Below, in pieces: positions 35,665-45,728 of a stretch of 64,000 bases of DNA. The position numbers and the translations under genes were made by a program. Location of the stretch: positions 4,927 to 68,926 of the IMG/VR virus record IMGVR_UViG_3300033073_001493. One strand, 5' to 3'. Within the stretch, counting starts at the first letter, position 1. Each line of letters opens with the position of its first letter. The DNA is from a virus. Taxonomy: Duplodnaviria > Caudoviricetes. Below the pieces are notes generated by a model that was not told the DNA's origin, did no database searches, and saw nothing but the letters and a program-made list of their open reading frames with translations.

Positions 35665-36456
35665 TCAGAGGGCCGTGAGGCCGATATGGGACACGTCGAG
35701 GTAGAACCCAGGCTCCGTCTGGTCGGGAGCCCACTGCGACACGACGCCGCTCATCCACGCAGGCAGCATGGCGTCGAGCGTGCGGAGTGCCTCGCCCGTC
35801 TTGGCGTCGATCTCCCGCTGCTCGGTGGCGGCGGGCGGGCGCATGTTGATGCACACGATCGCAAGCCCCGTCCGCCACGGCACAGCGGCGTCGTACTGGC
35901 CCGGGTAGTCGGCCGAGAAGGTGAGGCCGCCCGCCGACCAGTAGGCATAGACGCTGCCGGCCGGTGAGCGGCCCGCGTAGTCGATGTCGTCGACGCTGTT
36001 GGTGGTGACCGAGATGAACCAGTCACCGAACACGGCGATCATGGCGTCGGTCACGGCGGCGAGGTTGGCCGACGTGTAGGAGACCATGCGGCTCTTCACC
36101 GCAGCGCGGCGCGAGCGCTCGCTCTGGTCGTGCCGTGGCACGATGCCGAAGATGCGCTCCCAGCGCTCGAGCGCTGACAGCTCTTCGGTCTCTCCGCTGT
36201 CGGGAAACACGACGGGACGCCTGGCGTTCGAGAGCTTCGACGGGTTGCCGCTCGCCACGCGCCGCTCGGTGTCTCGCCAGGCGGCGGCCATGATGCGGGC
36301 GATCGTCTTGTTCTCAATGTCGACGTTGGTGCCCTCGCCACCGCGCAGCATGTCGGGCCGCGAGGCCCTCGCCTGCTGGTAGAAGGTCTGCACCGTCTTG
36401 TGCGCCCCGCCGCCGAAGCGAAACGGGAATGGCGCTCTCCAGTCTCCGAAGCCCAT
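35665..36456 (-). CDS. Baseplate wedge protein (Mu gp48/DUF2313-like)
   Basis: LERWERIFGI......ERSRRAAV motif; downstream of baseplate J. Confidence 0.7.
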   Translation of the reverse strand: MGFGDWRAPFPFRFGGGAHKTVQTFYQQARASRPDMLRGGEGTNVDIENKTIARIMAAAWRDTERRVASGNPSKLSNARRPVVFPDSGETEELSALERWERIFGIVPRHDQSERSRRAAVKSRMVSYTSANLAAVTDAMIAVFGDWFISVTTNSVDDIDYAGRSPAGSVYAYWSAGGLTFSADYPGQYDAAVPWRTGLAIVCINMRPPAATEQREIDAKTGEALRTLDAMLPAWMSGVVSQWAPDQTEPGFYLDVSHIGLTAL

Positions 36457-36457
36457 C

Positions 36458-36958
36458 TCACCACACCGTCAGCGTGAACTCGGCCGGGTCGGTCAGCGCA
36501 TCTGTCTTGTCGTAGAACTTGCAGCGCACGGCGACGGCGCTCACGAGGTCGTAGCTTGCCGAGAGGTTGATGGCCGTCGCCGCCTTGCACGAGAGCTGCG
36601 CTGCGCGTACCTGGACCGCGTGAGACTCGGCCGTCTCGGGGCTCTCGCGCAGGTCGTCGTAGCTCGCGGCCCACGTCACGGTGATGTCGCCAGCGGCGTT
36701 GTCGGTGAGCGTTGGCGCGACGCCCACGGTGTCTCCCCACACGGCGCTGTGGTCGGCAAGCGTCGGCGTGCCACCCGAGATGGTGACGCGCGCCCACGCC
36801 TTGGGCACCGTCTTGCTGATGCCGACGACGTGCGCGATGAGCGCGTTGTAGTGCGTGGCGGCAAGCTCGGTCTCTGCGTCGACCACGCTGCTCGCGTCGC
36901 TGAAGGTGCCGCCAAACGTGTCGAGGCTGGGAAGCTCTGGCGCAATGGGGAGGGCCAT
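36458..36958 (-). CDS. Putative baseplate/tail protein
   Basis: Position between baseplate genes; Thr/Ala-rich beta pattern. Confidence 0.5.
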   Translation of the reverse strand: MALPIAPELPSLDTFGGTFSDASSVVDAETELAATHYNALIAHVVGISKTVPKAWARVTISGGTPTLADHSAVWGDTVGVAPTLTDNAAGDITVTWAASYDDLRESPETAESHAVQVRAAQLSCKAATAINLSASYDLVSAVAVRCKFYDKTDALTDPAEFTLTVW

Positions 36959-36964
36959 GGGTGG

Positions 36965-38500
36965 TCAGCTTTCGGGATAGAAGGCGATGCGATCGACGCG
37001 GAAGATGTTCGGCGCGTCGGTCTGCACGCTGGTGGCAACGTCTGGCTCGTAGGGCAGCGTGAACGAGCTCACCACGTCGTCGATGGCGAAGTAGCTCGCG
37101 TTGACCACCTCGGGGTGCGCCGTCTGCATGGCGGCAAGCTGCATGGTGGTGACGGCTGACGGGTATCCGTCCTCGGTCGCCGGGTGCCGGTAGGCGCGAG
37201 GCAGCGCCTCGGCCTCGTCCGTCCACTCGCCAGGCGACAGGGCGGCAATGCTCGCGGCGTAGGTCTCGGCGTAGCTCTCGGCGTTCTCGCAGGCCGGGAA
37301 CACGTAGTCATTGACCGACACGTCGGACAGCGCGCGGTCGAGCACGATGGGCCAGGCGCCTGCGCTGCCGCTGCCGCTGTGCGAGAGCACGACGGCGCGC
37401 GACAGGGTGCGCGACGACTGGTGATAGACGCAGATGGTCGAGCCGTCGACGGGCTCGTTGTAGGCATTGACCGTGAGCGCCGTCGTGCTGGTCACGGTGG
37501 TGACCTTGACGATGCCGTTGGTGTTGCCGGCGCCGATCTTCGCCTTCGCCCAGCGGTCAGCGGACGGGTCGACCCAGCCGCCGCCCTTGCCGCCGCCCGA
37601 GGGGGGCTCGGGCAAGGTGAGCTTGAACGCCACCGACAGGTCTTGCTCGACGACCGACTTGACGGTCACGTCGGCGAACTCCGGCTGCTCGCCCGTGACA
37701 GCCGCGTCGACGAGCTGGCGCAGCGCCTCGGGCGCCTCGCGGTCGTAGGCGTTGTCGGCGGTGCCCTCGATGGCGATGGCCACGCCCACGGTGCCGGGCC
37801 CCCGGAAGGCGGGGTAAACCCAGACGCCCTGCACGGCGCTGGAGGCGTCTTCTGCCCACTGCTGGTAGTGGGACCAGGAGCCGCCGTTCTGCGGCTGCTG
37901 AAGCCGGCGCAGGAGCCGCTGGCGCAGCCTGCCGTCGGTCTCGCCGTCCTGCCCGTTGGTGAGCCCGCCCGTGCCGACGACGCAGCCCGACGAGCAGCCA
38001 GCGGGCGGCGACACCCACGTCATCTTGGCCGACTCGGCGAGGTTGGTGCTCTTGCCCGTGTCGATGCCGATGATGGGCACGCTGCCGCCAGAGCCCACCG
38101 TGGTGGTCGTGACGACCTTGTAGCGCTTGCCCGTGCTGTCGGCGGTCAGCTCTTGCCCGGCCGCGAAGGTGACGCTGCCCGAGGTGGTGACCGTGACGTT
38201 GCCCTGGGCCCCCGCGCCGCTCGAGCGAGCGAGCCCGTAGATTGCGCACAGCCGGTCGAGGTCATCGCCCGTGGCGGTGTCGGGCATGGTCGCGTCTTCG
38301 AGCGCGCGGTTGTTCGCGAGCACGACGCTGGTGAGTTGCACGGCCATCTGCGCCGTCATCCACCGGTCGCTCCCCTTGGCGACAGCGGCGCGGGCGCTCG
38401 CTGCGCCGATGCCGTTGCGCACGAGGTGAGCGCGGATGAAGTTGAGCGCCGACTCGAGCATCGAGTCAGCGGTGGGCATTGTCGCGGTGGTGGTTGCCAT
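36965..38500 (-). CDS. Baseplate J-like (Mu gp47) protein
   Basis: TATGDDLDRLCAIYGLAR, NGQDGETDGRLRQRLL....NGGS..HYQQWA, RGPGTV. Confidence 0.9.
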   Translation of the reverse strand: MATTTATMPTADSMLESALNFIRAHLVRNGIGAASARAAVAKGSDRWMTAQMAVQLTSVVLANNRALEDATMPDTATGDDLDRLCAIYGLARSSGAGAQGNVTVTTSGSVTFAAGQELTADSTGKRYKVVTTTTVGSGGSVPIIGIDTGKSTNLAESAKMTWVSPPAGCSSGCVVGTGGLTNGQDGETDGRLRQRLLRRLQQPQNGGSWSHYQQWAEDASSAVQGVWVYPAFRGPGTVGVAIAIEGTADNAYDREAPEALRQLVDAAVTGEQPEFADVTVKSVVEQDLSVAFKLTLPEPPSGGGKGGGWVDPSADRWAKAKIGAGNTNGIVKVTTVTSTTALTVNAYNEPVDGSTICVYHQSSRTLSRAVVLSHSGSGSAGAWPIVLDRALSDVSVNDYVFPACENAESYAETYAASIAALSPGEWTDEAEALPRAYRHPATEDGYPSAVTTMQLAAMQTAHPEVVNASYFAIDDVVSSFTLPYEPDVATSVQTDAPNIFRVDRIAFYPES

Positions 38501-38509
38501 GCGGTTGTC

Positions 38510-38992
38510 TCAGAGCGCCGAGCGCGTGCTGCGGAGTTGCCGCCGCTTCTTGTCGATCCACGACACGATGAGGTAAGCCGCGCCGCCGTCCGTCTGGACA
38601 GCAACGCTTTCGACCTCGACCAGCCCTTCGGCGATGGGCTCGGCGAGCGCCTGCGCCACGAACACCGGGCCAAAGCGCCCGATGTCCACGTCGCGCCGGG
38701 TCAGGTTGAAGAAGTCATTGCCCACAGGGCGCGCGAACGGCAGGCGCCCCTTGCGCGTCGAGAGCAGCAGAAACACGCGCTGCGCCAGCGGGTCGAGCGA
38801 GTCGTGCGGCGCCGCTGTCGTCTCGGTGTCGATGCTGTAGTCGAACGTCGCCGTGTCGAAGCCGCGAGCGGCCACCAGGTCAGCAACGCTCTCGTAGGTG
38901 GTGCCAGGCAGCGGCAGCCCGAGCGGCGTGCCGATGCCGCCCGATGTGGTGCCGGCAGGCTGCGTGCCGAATCCGTAGGCAGGCGTGGTCAT
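38510..38992 (-). CDS. Baseplate wedge initiator (gp25/Mu gp46-like)
   Basis: LAQRVFLLLSTRKG...GN...AQALAEPIAEG. Confidence 0.65.
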   Translation of the reverse strand: MTTPAYGFGTQPAGTTSGGIGTPLGLPLPGTTYESVADLVAARGFDTATFDYSIDTETTAAPHDSLDPLAQRVFLLLSTRKGRLPFARPVGNDFFNLTRRDVDIGRFGPVFVAQALAEPIAEGLVEVESVAVQTDGGAAYLIVSWIDKKRRQLRSTRSAL

Positions 38993-38995
38993 GGG

Positions 38996-39316
38996 TCACA
39001 CGAGGTCGAGCGGACAGGGCGGGAGCTTGGGGAATGGGATGCTCGGCAATGGGATGTCGAGCGAGAGGGACGGCAGGCCCGGTATCGGGATGCTGGGGAG
39101 CTTTGCGCCGGGCAGGTCGGGCAGCTTCGGCAGCGGGATGCTGGGCAGCGGCAGGTCGAGCGTGAGCGACGGGATGCCGGGCAGCGGTATCGACGGCAGC
39201 TTGACGCCGGGCAGGTCGGGCAGCTTGGGGATGGGCAGCGACGGCAGCGGCAGGTCGATCGACAGCGAGGGCAACCCCGGCAGCGGGATGCTGGGGAGCT
39301 TGCAGCGCGAGGCCAC
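38996..39316 (-). CDS. Pro/Leu-rich protein of three 33-aa repeats, candidate spike tip
   Basis: KLPSIPLPGLPSLSIDLPLPSLPIPKLPDLPGV-type unit x3, one Cys near each end; directly after the spike gene. Confidence 0.7.
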   Translation of the reverse strand: MASRCKLPSIPLPGLPSLSIDLPLPSLPIPKLPDLPGVKLPSIPLPGIPSLTLDLPLPSIPLPKLPDLPGAKLPSIPIPGLPSLSLDIPLPSIPFPKLPPCPLDLV

Positions 39317-39322
39317 GGCGAC

Positions 39323-39988
39323 TCACACGAAGATGTTGGGCGTCGGCTTGGTGACGGCGAACGCTGGCGACACGGTGCCGGTGGGCACCACGGTCGGCTG
39401 GAGCCCGAGCGGCACGGCGGCGCCCACACCGAGGGCCACGGTCCCGGTCGAGATCGAGCACTTCGGGCCGAGCATCGTGATGTCCTTCGGCGACAGAGAC
39501 AGCGAGACGCCGCCTTCTTTCAGGATGACGGCAAACCCGTCGGCATTGAGCTGGATGATGCCGAACGGCGTGAAGATCGAGAGCGCGCCGTCCTTGTCGA
39601 TGACGATGCCGCTGTCCTCTTCGGCGCCCTGCTTGAGCAGAGCGATGCTGCCGTCTGCGTTGCAGCGCACGGCGTTCTTGCCGATAGACCAAAGCGCCAC
39701 GTCACCTGCGTTGAGGGCGCCGTGGCTTGCCGGGCCGCGCGTGTCGCGGGTGGCGACGACCGCCTTGCGTCCGCCAATCTCTGCGGTGAGCGCCTGGCAC
39801 TTGCCGTCGCCGTCGGGCGCAGCGGGTCGCGAGGTGAATCCGTACTGCTGCCACACCTCGGCGTCGCGCTCGTTCGTGCCCTCGCTCTCGCCCGATGGGC
39901 GAAGGCCGCAGGTGAGCACCTCGAGCTCGCCGCCCGACTCGTCGCTCGCCCACTTCGACTCGAAGATGTCGGCCACGTCGAAGAACAT
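39323..39988 (-). CDS. Baseplate central spike (Mu gp45-like)
   Basis: EVWQQYGFTSRP, LNAGDVALW; beta-helical C-terminal half. Confidence 0.75.
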   Translation of the reverse strand: MFFDVADIFESKWASDESGGELEVLTCGLRPSGESEGTNERDAEVWQQYGFTSRPAAPDGDGKCQALTAEIGGRKAVVATRDTRGPASHGALNAGDVALWSIGKNAVRCNADGSIALLKQGAEEDSGIVIDKDGALSIFTPFGIIQLNADGFAVILKEGGVSLSLSPKDITMLGPKCSISTGTVALGVGAAVPLGLQPTVVPTGTVSPAFAVTKPTPNIFV

Positions 39989-41265
39989 CACACACGCGCT
40001 TTCATGAACGTGACCGTCTGCGGATTGCCGAAGATGAATTCGCCATTGGCGGGCGAGTCCTCGCCGGTCTTCTTGTGTGCAGAGGCGAGGTCGATGACGG
40101 CGGGCACCGGCTCGCCCGGCTGCCAGTCGAGCACCAGCGTGCCGCAGGGGATCATCTTCAGGTCGGTGACCGTGCCGCTCGAGCGGTCCTTGCGGAACGT
40201 GCGCGACTCGATCCACATGATGCCGTCGACGCCGGCCACCTCGTCGACGACCTTGGCCGTGGCGTCCACCTGGTAGATGCCCTTGGTCACGCGGTCGGTG
40301 AAGCCGGCGACGGTGCATTCGTAGGTGGCGAAGTTGCGCTGCTGCCTCGCGAGAAACGACCGCGCGATGCGCTCGGCCTTCTCCTGCGTCGTGGCGTTCT
40401 GGTCCTTGATGAACGCGGGCTTCAGCGGCAGCACGCGGCTGTCCTGTGCGAAGCCCACGACCTTGCCCTTGGCGCCAGCCGACGACGAGACGCCGCGCAC
40501 GTACACGACGCTGGGCACGCTGGTCTGGTCGAGCCTTGCGCGAGAGCGCAGCACGTTGTTTGCCGCACCGGTGCCGCCGTTGCCGCTCGTGTCGTAGCGC
40601 TTCACCAGCTCGTAGCTGGGAGGCTGTTCGTAGTCGGGCCCGGCGACCACGACATACTGACCGTCAACGCTCGCCCACAGCCAATAGCCGTGGTGTGTGA
40701 AGATGCGTGACAGGTAGCTAAAGGCGCCCTCGTTGTCCTTGGGCGTGACCTCTTTGAGCGGGTCTGTGCGCTTGTGCCGGCTGCCCTTCCACTCCTTCGT
40801 CTTCTCACCCGTCTTGGTGCCACGGGCGAGCACCCGGCTATCGTTCTGCGGGATGAAGCCGAAGTCGGTCATGTACTGGCCTTTGATGACCAGTTCGCAG
40901 AGCTGCATGATCGTGACGTTCTTCGGTATCTGGAGGTTCGGGTCGACGTTGCCGTCCACGATGAGCGACAGCGCATCCCTGCCCTCGATCGTCACGCGCG
41001 TGCCGCCCCAGTCGTTCTCGACCTCGCACGCATCCACGTAGCCGGTGATCTGCGGGTAGCCGTTGACGAGGATCTGCACATGCGAGCCCACCGGAAGCTC
41101 GCGCGCCAGGTCGACGCCCGCCGCCTCCGAGCCGCACGACAGGCGGAACGTGTCGCACGGGGTCAGAAACTCGCTCGTGATGGTGAGCGACTCCCATGTG
41201 TCGAACACGCGCTCGCTCTTGTCGAGCCTGCGCACCTCGACCTTATCGAGCTCGGGGAACGTCAT
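39988..41265 (-). CDS. Baseplate hub (Mu gp44/P2 gpD-like)
   Basis: WESLTI...DTFRL, ITGYVD, VTIEGRD...IVD; position after the gp43-like gene. Confidence 0.8.
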   Translation of the reverse strand: MTFPELDKVEVRRLDKSERVFDTWESLTITSEFLTPCDTFRLSCGSEAAGVDLARELPVGSHVQILVNGYPQITGYVDACEVENDWGGTRVTIEGRDALSLIVDGNVDPNLQIPKNVTIMQLCELVIKGQYMTDFGFIPQNDSRVLARGTKTGEKTKEWKGSRHKRTDPLKEVTPKDNEGAFSYLSRIFTHHGYWLWASVDGQYVVVAGPDYEQPPSYELVKRYDTSGNGGTGAANNVLRSRARLDQTSVPSVVYVRGVSSSAGAKGKVVGFAQDSRVLPLKPAFIKDQNATTQEKAERIARSFLARQQRNFATYECTVAGFTDRVTKGIYQVDATAKVVDEVAGVDGIMWIESRTFRKDRSSGTVTDLKMIPCGTLVLDWQPGEPVPAVIDLASAHKKTGEDSPANGEFIFGNPQTVTFMKARV

Positions 41266-42188
41266 TCTGCCAGGTACACGAAGACCTCGGTGCCCGCCTC
41301 GACCTCGGTGCGAGATGCGACACGTGGGTTCAGCGCGAGGAAGTCATCGAGCTTCATGCGGAAGAAGTCGGCGACGGCCGACGGTGACGCCGTGGCAGCG
41401 ACCACAGCGGGCGCCACTGGCTTTGACTTGCGGGTGGCGTCGTCGGCCACCTCGAGCAGCGAGACGAACAGCCGCTCGCACGCCTCGATGGCGGGCCATG
41501 ACGACGGGTCGTCGAGCGAGGCGATCTCTTCTTGGAGCTGCGTCAGCGCCGACAGGTAGCTGTCGATGGTGCCGGCGATGTTGCCAACGCCTGCCTTCAC
41601 CGACGCGATGGCACCGGAGAGCTTGCGGATAGACTCGAGCGCCGATGGGCCAAGCTCCTCGGGCAGCTCGGGCATGTTCGGTATCGAGCCGAGCGCGCTG
41701 TCGAGGTCGAGCGCCGCGCCAGCAGCCGACGCCGTGGGCGACTGCGACTTGAGCACCGAGTCAAGCTCGTCTTCGGTGCTGCTCGCCTCCACGAACTCGA
41801 CGCTGCAATCCACGCCGTCGCGCCTGTTCGGATCGAACGAGGTCTCGAGCCTCACGCACTTGGCCGACACCTCGCCCAGCTCGGGATGCACCAGCGTGGC
41901 CGTCGAGCGGTCGAGGCAGGCGGCGGCGAACAGTCGCCACAGGTCGGGGTAGATGAGCTTGCGGTCCATCAGCCCGGCACGAAAGGTCGCGTTGAACTGG
42001 TAGCGCGCTGGGTTTCGCCCGGTCGCTTCGATGATGCCGGCGTCGCGGTCGGGGAAGAGGTGCTGTGCGTGTGCGTGGTCGAACGAGAACGACCACGACA
42101 CCACGGGAAACTCCGCATCGCGGAACTTCGCCGTGAGCATCAGCGCGCCCATGTCGAGCGGGCGCTCGTCTTTCTTCGCGATGGCCAT
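41262..42188 (-). CDS. Mu gp43 / DNA-circulation-N-domain-like tail protein
   Basis: HLFPDRD..IIEATGR, TLVHPELG; follows the tape measure gene. Confidence 0.7.
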   Translation of the reverse strand: MAIAKKDERPLDMGALMLTAKFRDAEFPVVSWSFSFDHAHAQHLFPDRDAGIIEATGRNPARYQFNATFRAGLMDRKLIYPDLWRLFAAACLDRSTATLVHPELGEVSAKCVRLETSFDPNRRDGVDCSVEFVEASSTEDELDSVLKSQSPTASAAGAALDLDSALGSIPNMPELPEELGPSALESIRKLSGAIASVKAGVGNIAGTIDSYLSALTQLQEEIASLDDPSSWPAIEACERLFVSLLEVADDATRKSKPVAPAVVAATASPSAVADFFRMKLDDFLALNPRVASRTEVEAGTEVFVYLAE

Positions 42189-42191
42189 GCG

Positions 42192-44603
42192 TCACTGCCC
42201 CACGATGGGCTGCGCTGCCGGGTCTCTGCCGCCACCCTTGCCGACAGCCGAGGCGATGTCGCTCACGTTGCCGATGGTGACGGTCATCGTGGCGCCTGGC
42301 GCCAGCGTGACGGGCTTGGGGTTGGCGAGCGCCGCTTGCAGTTCGGCGATGGCCGCGTCTGCGTTCTTGTCGTTGCCAGCCTGCTGCGTCGCAAGCCCGC
42401 CCTCGACAACGCCACGGGCAAGCGCCACGCCCGGCATCAGCGATGCGATGTTGGCGAGCGTCACGTCGCCGTTGGCAAGGCCGCGAGCACCAGCCGTCGC
42501 GCCTTCGATGAAGCGCGTGCCGACGCCCTTGTCCTTCTCGCCCTTCAGGTCGGAGAGGAGCTTCTGAGCGGCCGTCACGTCATCTTGCGTGGCGGTCCCC
42601 ATGCGCAGCCTGCTGGCCAGCGTCGTCGCGTTGGCCTCGCGCGCTGTGGCGCGCGCATCCTGCTTGCGCAGGCCCTTGTCCATGTCACCGACAACCGCCT
42701 GGCCAACCTCCCAGCCAGCAAGCCCAGCGCCAGCAACAGCCATCGCGTTGCCGACCTTGCTTGCCGTGCCCCCCGCGCCGGTGCCAGCGCCAGCGGCGGC
42801 GCCGACGCCAGGGCCACCGGCCACGTTGACGGTGCCAGCGGTCACGGTCATCTGCGGCACGAGCGAAGGGAACATGCGCTCGAGCAGCTTCTGCCCCATC
42901 GCGCCGACGACCTTCGAGATGCCCGCCTCGGCGGCGCCGAGCAGCGTGGTCATCGCGATGAACTTGGCGATCATCGTCTTGGGGCTCGCCGCGAAGTCCT
43001 TCGCCACTTCCGCCGTCACCTGCGCGAGCAACTTGATGGCGGGCGTCGCCTCCTTGATGGCGCCGGTCAGCGACTCGCCGAGCTCGTTCTTGATCTGCTC
43101 CATCGCCACGGCGTTCTGCTTGGACGACGTGCGCATCACGTTGTTGAACGCCTCCATGCTGGCGCCAGCTTCGGGGGCCGCCTCGTTGAACTGCTTGAGC
43201 AGCGCCTCGGCCGCAGCCTTGCCGGTCAGCGTGGGCTTCTGCCCCTCCTGCGCCAGCTCGTAGCGGCCCTCGCGGTTCTTGGTGATTCCTTTCGTCACCG
43301 CATGGATGAGCGGTGCAACGATGGCCACGCTGGTGCCTGTGAAGATGCCGCCCTGGCCGGTGATCTTGCCGGCGTTGCCCGCCTTCACCGCGCGGTCGAT
43401 GATCTCTGGCAGCAGCACGGTCACATCGCGGAGCTGCGCGCGCGTCTCGTCGGTGCCGACCTCGACGCCGCCCTTCAGGATCTTCTGCTTCTCGCCGCCG
43501 ACGACCTTTGAGCCGACCACCTTGGCACCGGTGAGCGCCTGAATGATGTCGGCCTTGCCGCCGAGGTCAGTCGCCAAGTCGTTGACCGACGTAGTGGCCT
43601 CTTCGGCGCTCTTGCGGCCGAACGTGCGCGCCATCTGCGACAGGCCGCCAGCGACGGCGATGCGCTTGCCGGCCTGCATGTTGAACTTGCCGAGCGCGCC
43701 TGACGATGCGTCGAGCAGCGTGGCCAGGTCTTTGAACTCGACCGCACCGTCCTTGCCTTGCTGCACCAGCGCTTCGACGGTGTTCACAAGGTCTTTGCCT
43801 TCGACGCCTCGGTTGACGAGGGTGCCCAGCACGTCGCCGAGGTCGGTGATGTTCACACCGGCGCCGACGGCGATCTTGGACAGCTCCATCATCTCCGACT
43901 TCACGACGTTGACGCCCGCCGTGCCGGCCTTGCCTGCGATCTTCTCGAACGCCCCGAGCGCCTCACCTGCGCCAACGCCGGTGGCGTTGGAGATGTCCTT
44001 GGCCGACCGTACGAAGTCGAACTGCTTGCCCGGTGGCCCGCCTTTCTTCAGGCCGGTCGCGTTCTCGAGCAGCGCCGCGCGCTGTTCGAGATCCATCTGC
44101 GACTTGACGGCATCCTGCACCATGCCGACACCGAGCCCGCCTGTCGCAAGCCCGGCGACGCCGACGACGGCGCCCACGCCCTTCTTGAATCCAGACGCGG
44201 CCCCCTGCCCCACCTGCCCGTAGAAGTCTCGCCGCTGGCTGATGCGAGCGTTGGCCTCGGCAGCGGCCTTGGCCGCCGCGCGCGTCGCCTCTTGCTGCGC
44301 CTTCGCAGTGACCCTGGCGGTGTCGCGGGCCGACTTCTCCGCTTCGCGAGCGGTGCGCTTGATGGCCTCTTCACGGATGCGCGCGTCTTCGAGCGCCAGC
44401 CTTCGGTTGGTGCGCGAGGCTGCCTGCGCGGCACGGTCTGCCTCACGGATCTGCGCATCGGCAGTGGCGCGAGCGGCGCTCTGGGCAGCCTGCGCCTGTG
44501 CGGCGGCTTGCTGCTTGGCCGTCGCCGACACCGAGGCGAGCGCCCGGTCGACGGCGCCTCGGCCACCGATGACAAGATCGATTCTGACGGCTGGGGTGGC
44601 CAT
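42192..44603 (-). CDS. Tape measure protein
   Basis: 803 aa, Ala/Gly/Lys-rich helical; after the tube and chaperone genes. Confidence 0.85.
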   Translation of the reverse strand: MATPAVRIDLVIGGRGAVDRALASVSATAKQQAAAQAQAAQSAARATADAQIREADRAAQAASRTNRRLALEDARIREEAIKRTAREAEKSARDTARVTAKAQQEATRAAAKAAAEANARISQRRDFYGQVGQGAASGFKKGVGAVVGVAGLATGGLGVGMVQDAVKSQMDLEQRAALLENATGLKKGGPPGKQFDFVRSAKDISNATGVGAGEALGAFEKIAGKAGTAGVNVVKSEMMELSKIAVGAGVNITDLGDVLGTLVNRGVEGKDLVNTVEALVQQGKDGAVEFKDLATLLDASSGALGKFNMQAGKRIAVAGGLSQMARTFGRKSAEEATTSVNDLATDLGGKADIIQALTGAKVVGSKVVGGEKQKILKGGVEVGTDETRAQLRDVTVLLPEIIDRAVKAGNAGKITGQGGIFTGTSVAIVAPLIHAVTKGITKNREGRYELAQEGQKPTLTGKAAAEALLKQFNEAAPEAGASMEAFNNVMRTSSKQNAVAMEQIKNELGESLTGAIKEATPAIKLLAQVTAEVAKDFAASPKTMIAKFIAMTTLLGAAEAGISKVVGAMGQKLLERMFPSLVPQMTVTAGTVNVAGGPGVGAAAGAGTGAGGTASKVGNAMAVAGAGLAGWEVGQAVVGDMDKGLRKQDARATAREANATTLASRLRMGTATQDDVTAAQKLLSDLKGEKDKGVGTRFIEGATAGARGLANGDVTLANIASLMPGVALARGVVEGGLATQQAGNDKNADAAIAELQAALANPKPVTLAPGATMTVTIGNVSDIASAVGKGGGRDPAAQPIVGQ

Positions 44604-44608
44604 TCACT

Positions 44609-45250
44609 TCAGTGGGAACTTGCGCCGGGCAGATCGGAGGAGGGCGAAGACGGCGAGGTGCTCGACATCGTGCCAGTCAGCACACGAGCCAGGGAGGCCA
44701 AGGACTTCGCGGCCCACACGCAATAGCCCTCCAGCTTCGCTCGCGAGAGCCTGGAGAAAGGGAACGCGTCGGCGCCCTCCTCGAGCACCTTCGTCCACGC
44801 CCACATCTCGTCTTCGCTCATCGTGCGCAGCGCCGGGTAGTGCTTCTCGCGTAGCCCCGCGTAGACCGCGAGCAGGATGCCCAGCTCGTCGGGCGTGCAG
44901 TGGTCGCGCGCGTCGATGATGCCGTGCTGGAAGAACGGCTTTTCCGGGTCGTCGGCGTTGCGACAGGAGACCGCGAGGATCTCGGCCGCGAGCGCGTTGT
45001 CTTCGAGCTCGTCGGGCTTCCACTTGACCTCGTTGCGGGCGCCCGAGAGCACGTCGGCGACGTACTTGCAGGCGTTGGCGCGGGCGAGGTCTTGCTCTCT
45101 CTGCGTGAGCACGCGCACGTAGACCTGCGCGACGGCCTTGCCCTCGGCGTCGTAGCGCGGAAAGTCGACCGTCGCGTTGGGCAGCCTGCCGCGAGAGATG
45201 ACGCTCGCGAACAGGCCGGCAGCGGGAATGCTCTTGTCGGGTAGAGCCAT
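44609..45250 (-). CDS. Tail assembly chaperone
   Basis: Position between tube and tape measure; VYVRVLTQREQ. Confidence 0.65.
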   Translation of the reverse strand: MALPDKSIPAAGLFASVISRGRLPNATVDFPRYDAEGKAVAQVYVRVLTQREQDLARANACKYVADVLSGARNEVKWKPDELEDNALAAEILAVSCRNADDPEKPFFQHGIIDARDHCTPDELGILLAVYAGLREKHYPALRTMSEDEMWAWTKVLEEGADAFPFSRLSRAKLEGYCVWAAKSLASLARVLTGTMSSTSPSSPSSDLPGASSH

Positions 45251-45258
45251 GGGTCAGC

Positions 45259-45639
45259 TCAGAACGAGGTCTGCTCGATGGGGCTGCCCTTGAACGTGAA
45301 CGACACCTCGCTCGCGCGGTCAGCACCGAACTGCATCTGCATGTTGGTGATGTAGCCCTTGGTCGACGACTTCTTGGCGCCAGCGAACAGCACCATCTCG
45401 ACCACCTTGAGCCCTTGCAGCTTGGCGAGCGACTCGTACTCGACACCGGCGCGCGGGATGGCCGAGGTCACCTCGATCTGCGTCATCTCGCTGCCGGGCG
45501 ACATGCCGGCGAAGCCCTTCTGCATGGTGTTGATCTCTTGCGCCTTCGAGTCGATCGACACCGAGAAGTTGATGACCTCGGCGAGCAGTTGACCGTCGGC
45601 GAACAGGGCGCCCTTCTCATACGTCTGGAGCGAAGCCAT
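45259..45639 (-). CDS. Tail tube protein
   Basis: 126 aa, beta-rich, directly after the sheath gene. Confidence 0.75.
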   Translation of the reverse strand: MASLQTYEKGALFADGQLLAEVINFSVSIDSKAQEINTMQKGFAGMSPGSEMTQIEVTSAIPRAGVEYESLAKLQGLKVVEMVLFAGAKKSSTKGYITNMQMQFGADRASEVSFTFKGSPIEQTSF

Positions 45640-45728
45640 GGCGGAACCTCGGAAAAGCAAAGGCCCGTCACGCGGGGTGCGCGCACGAGCCTTTGGTAAG
45701 CAGTTGTCTGGTAAGCGAAGAGCGTGGG

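Noticed and set aside
37184-40276. Long antisense ORFs (1030 aa here; also 8047-10020, 10582-12249, 41532-43511)
   Set aside because: Shadow ORFs of high-GC codon bias opposite or out of frame with well-supported genes; Arg/Ala/Gly-rich with no motifs
44590-44700. Programmed frameshift in the tail assembly chaperone
   Set aside because: No clear slippery heptamer and no room for an extended frame before the tape measure start
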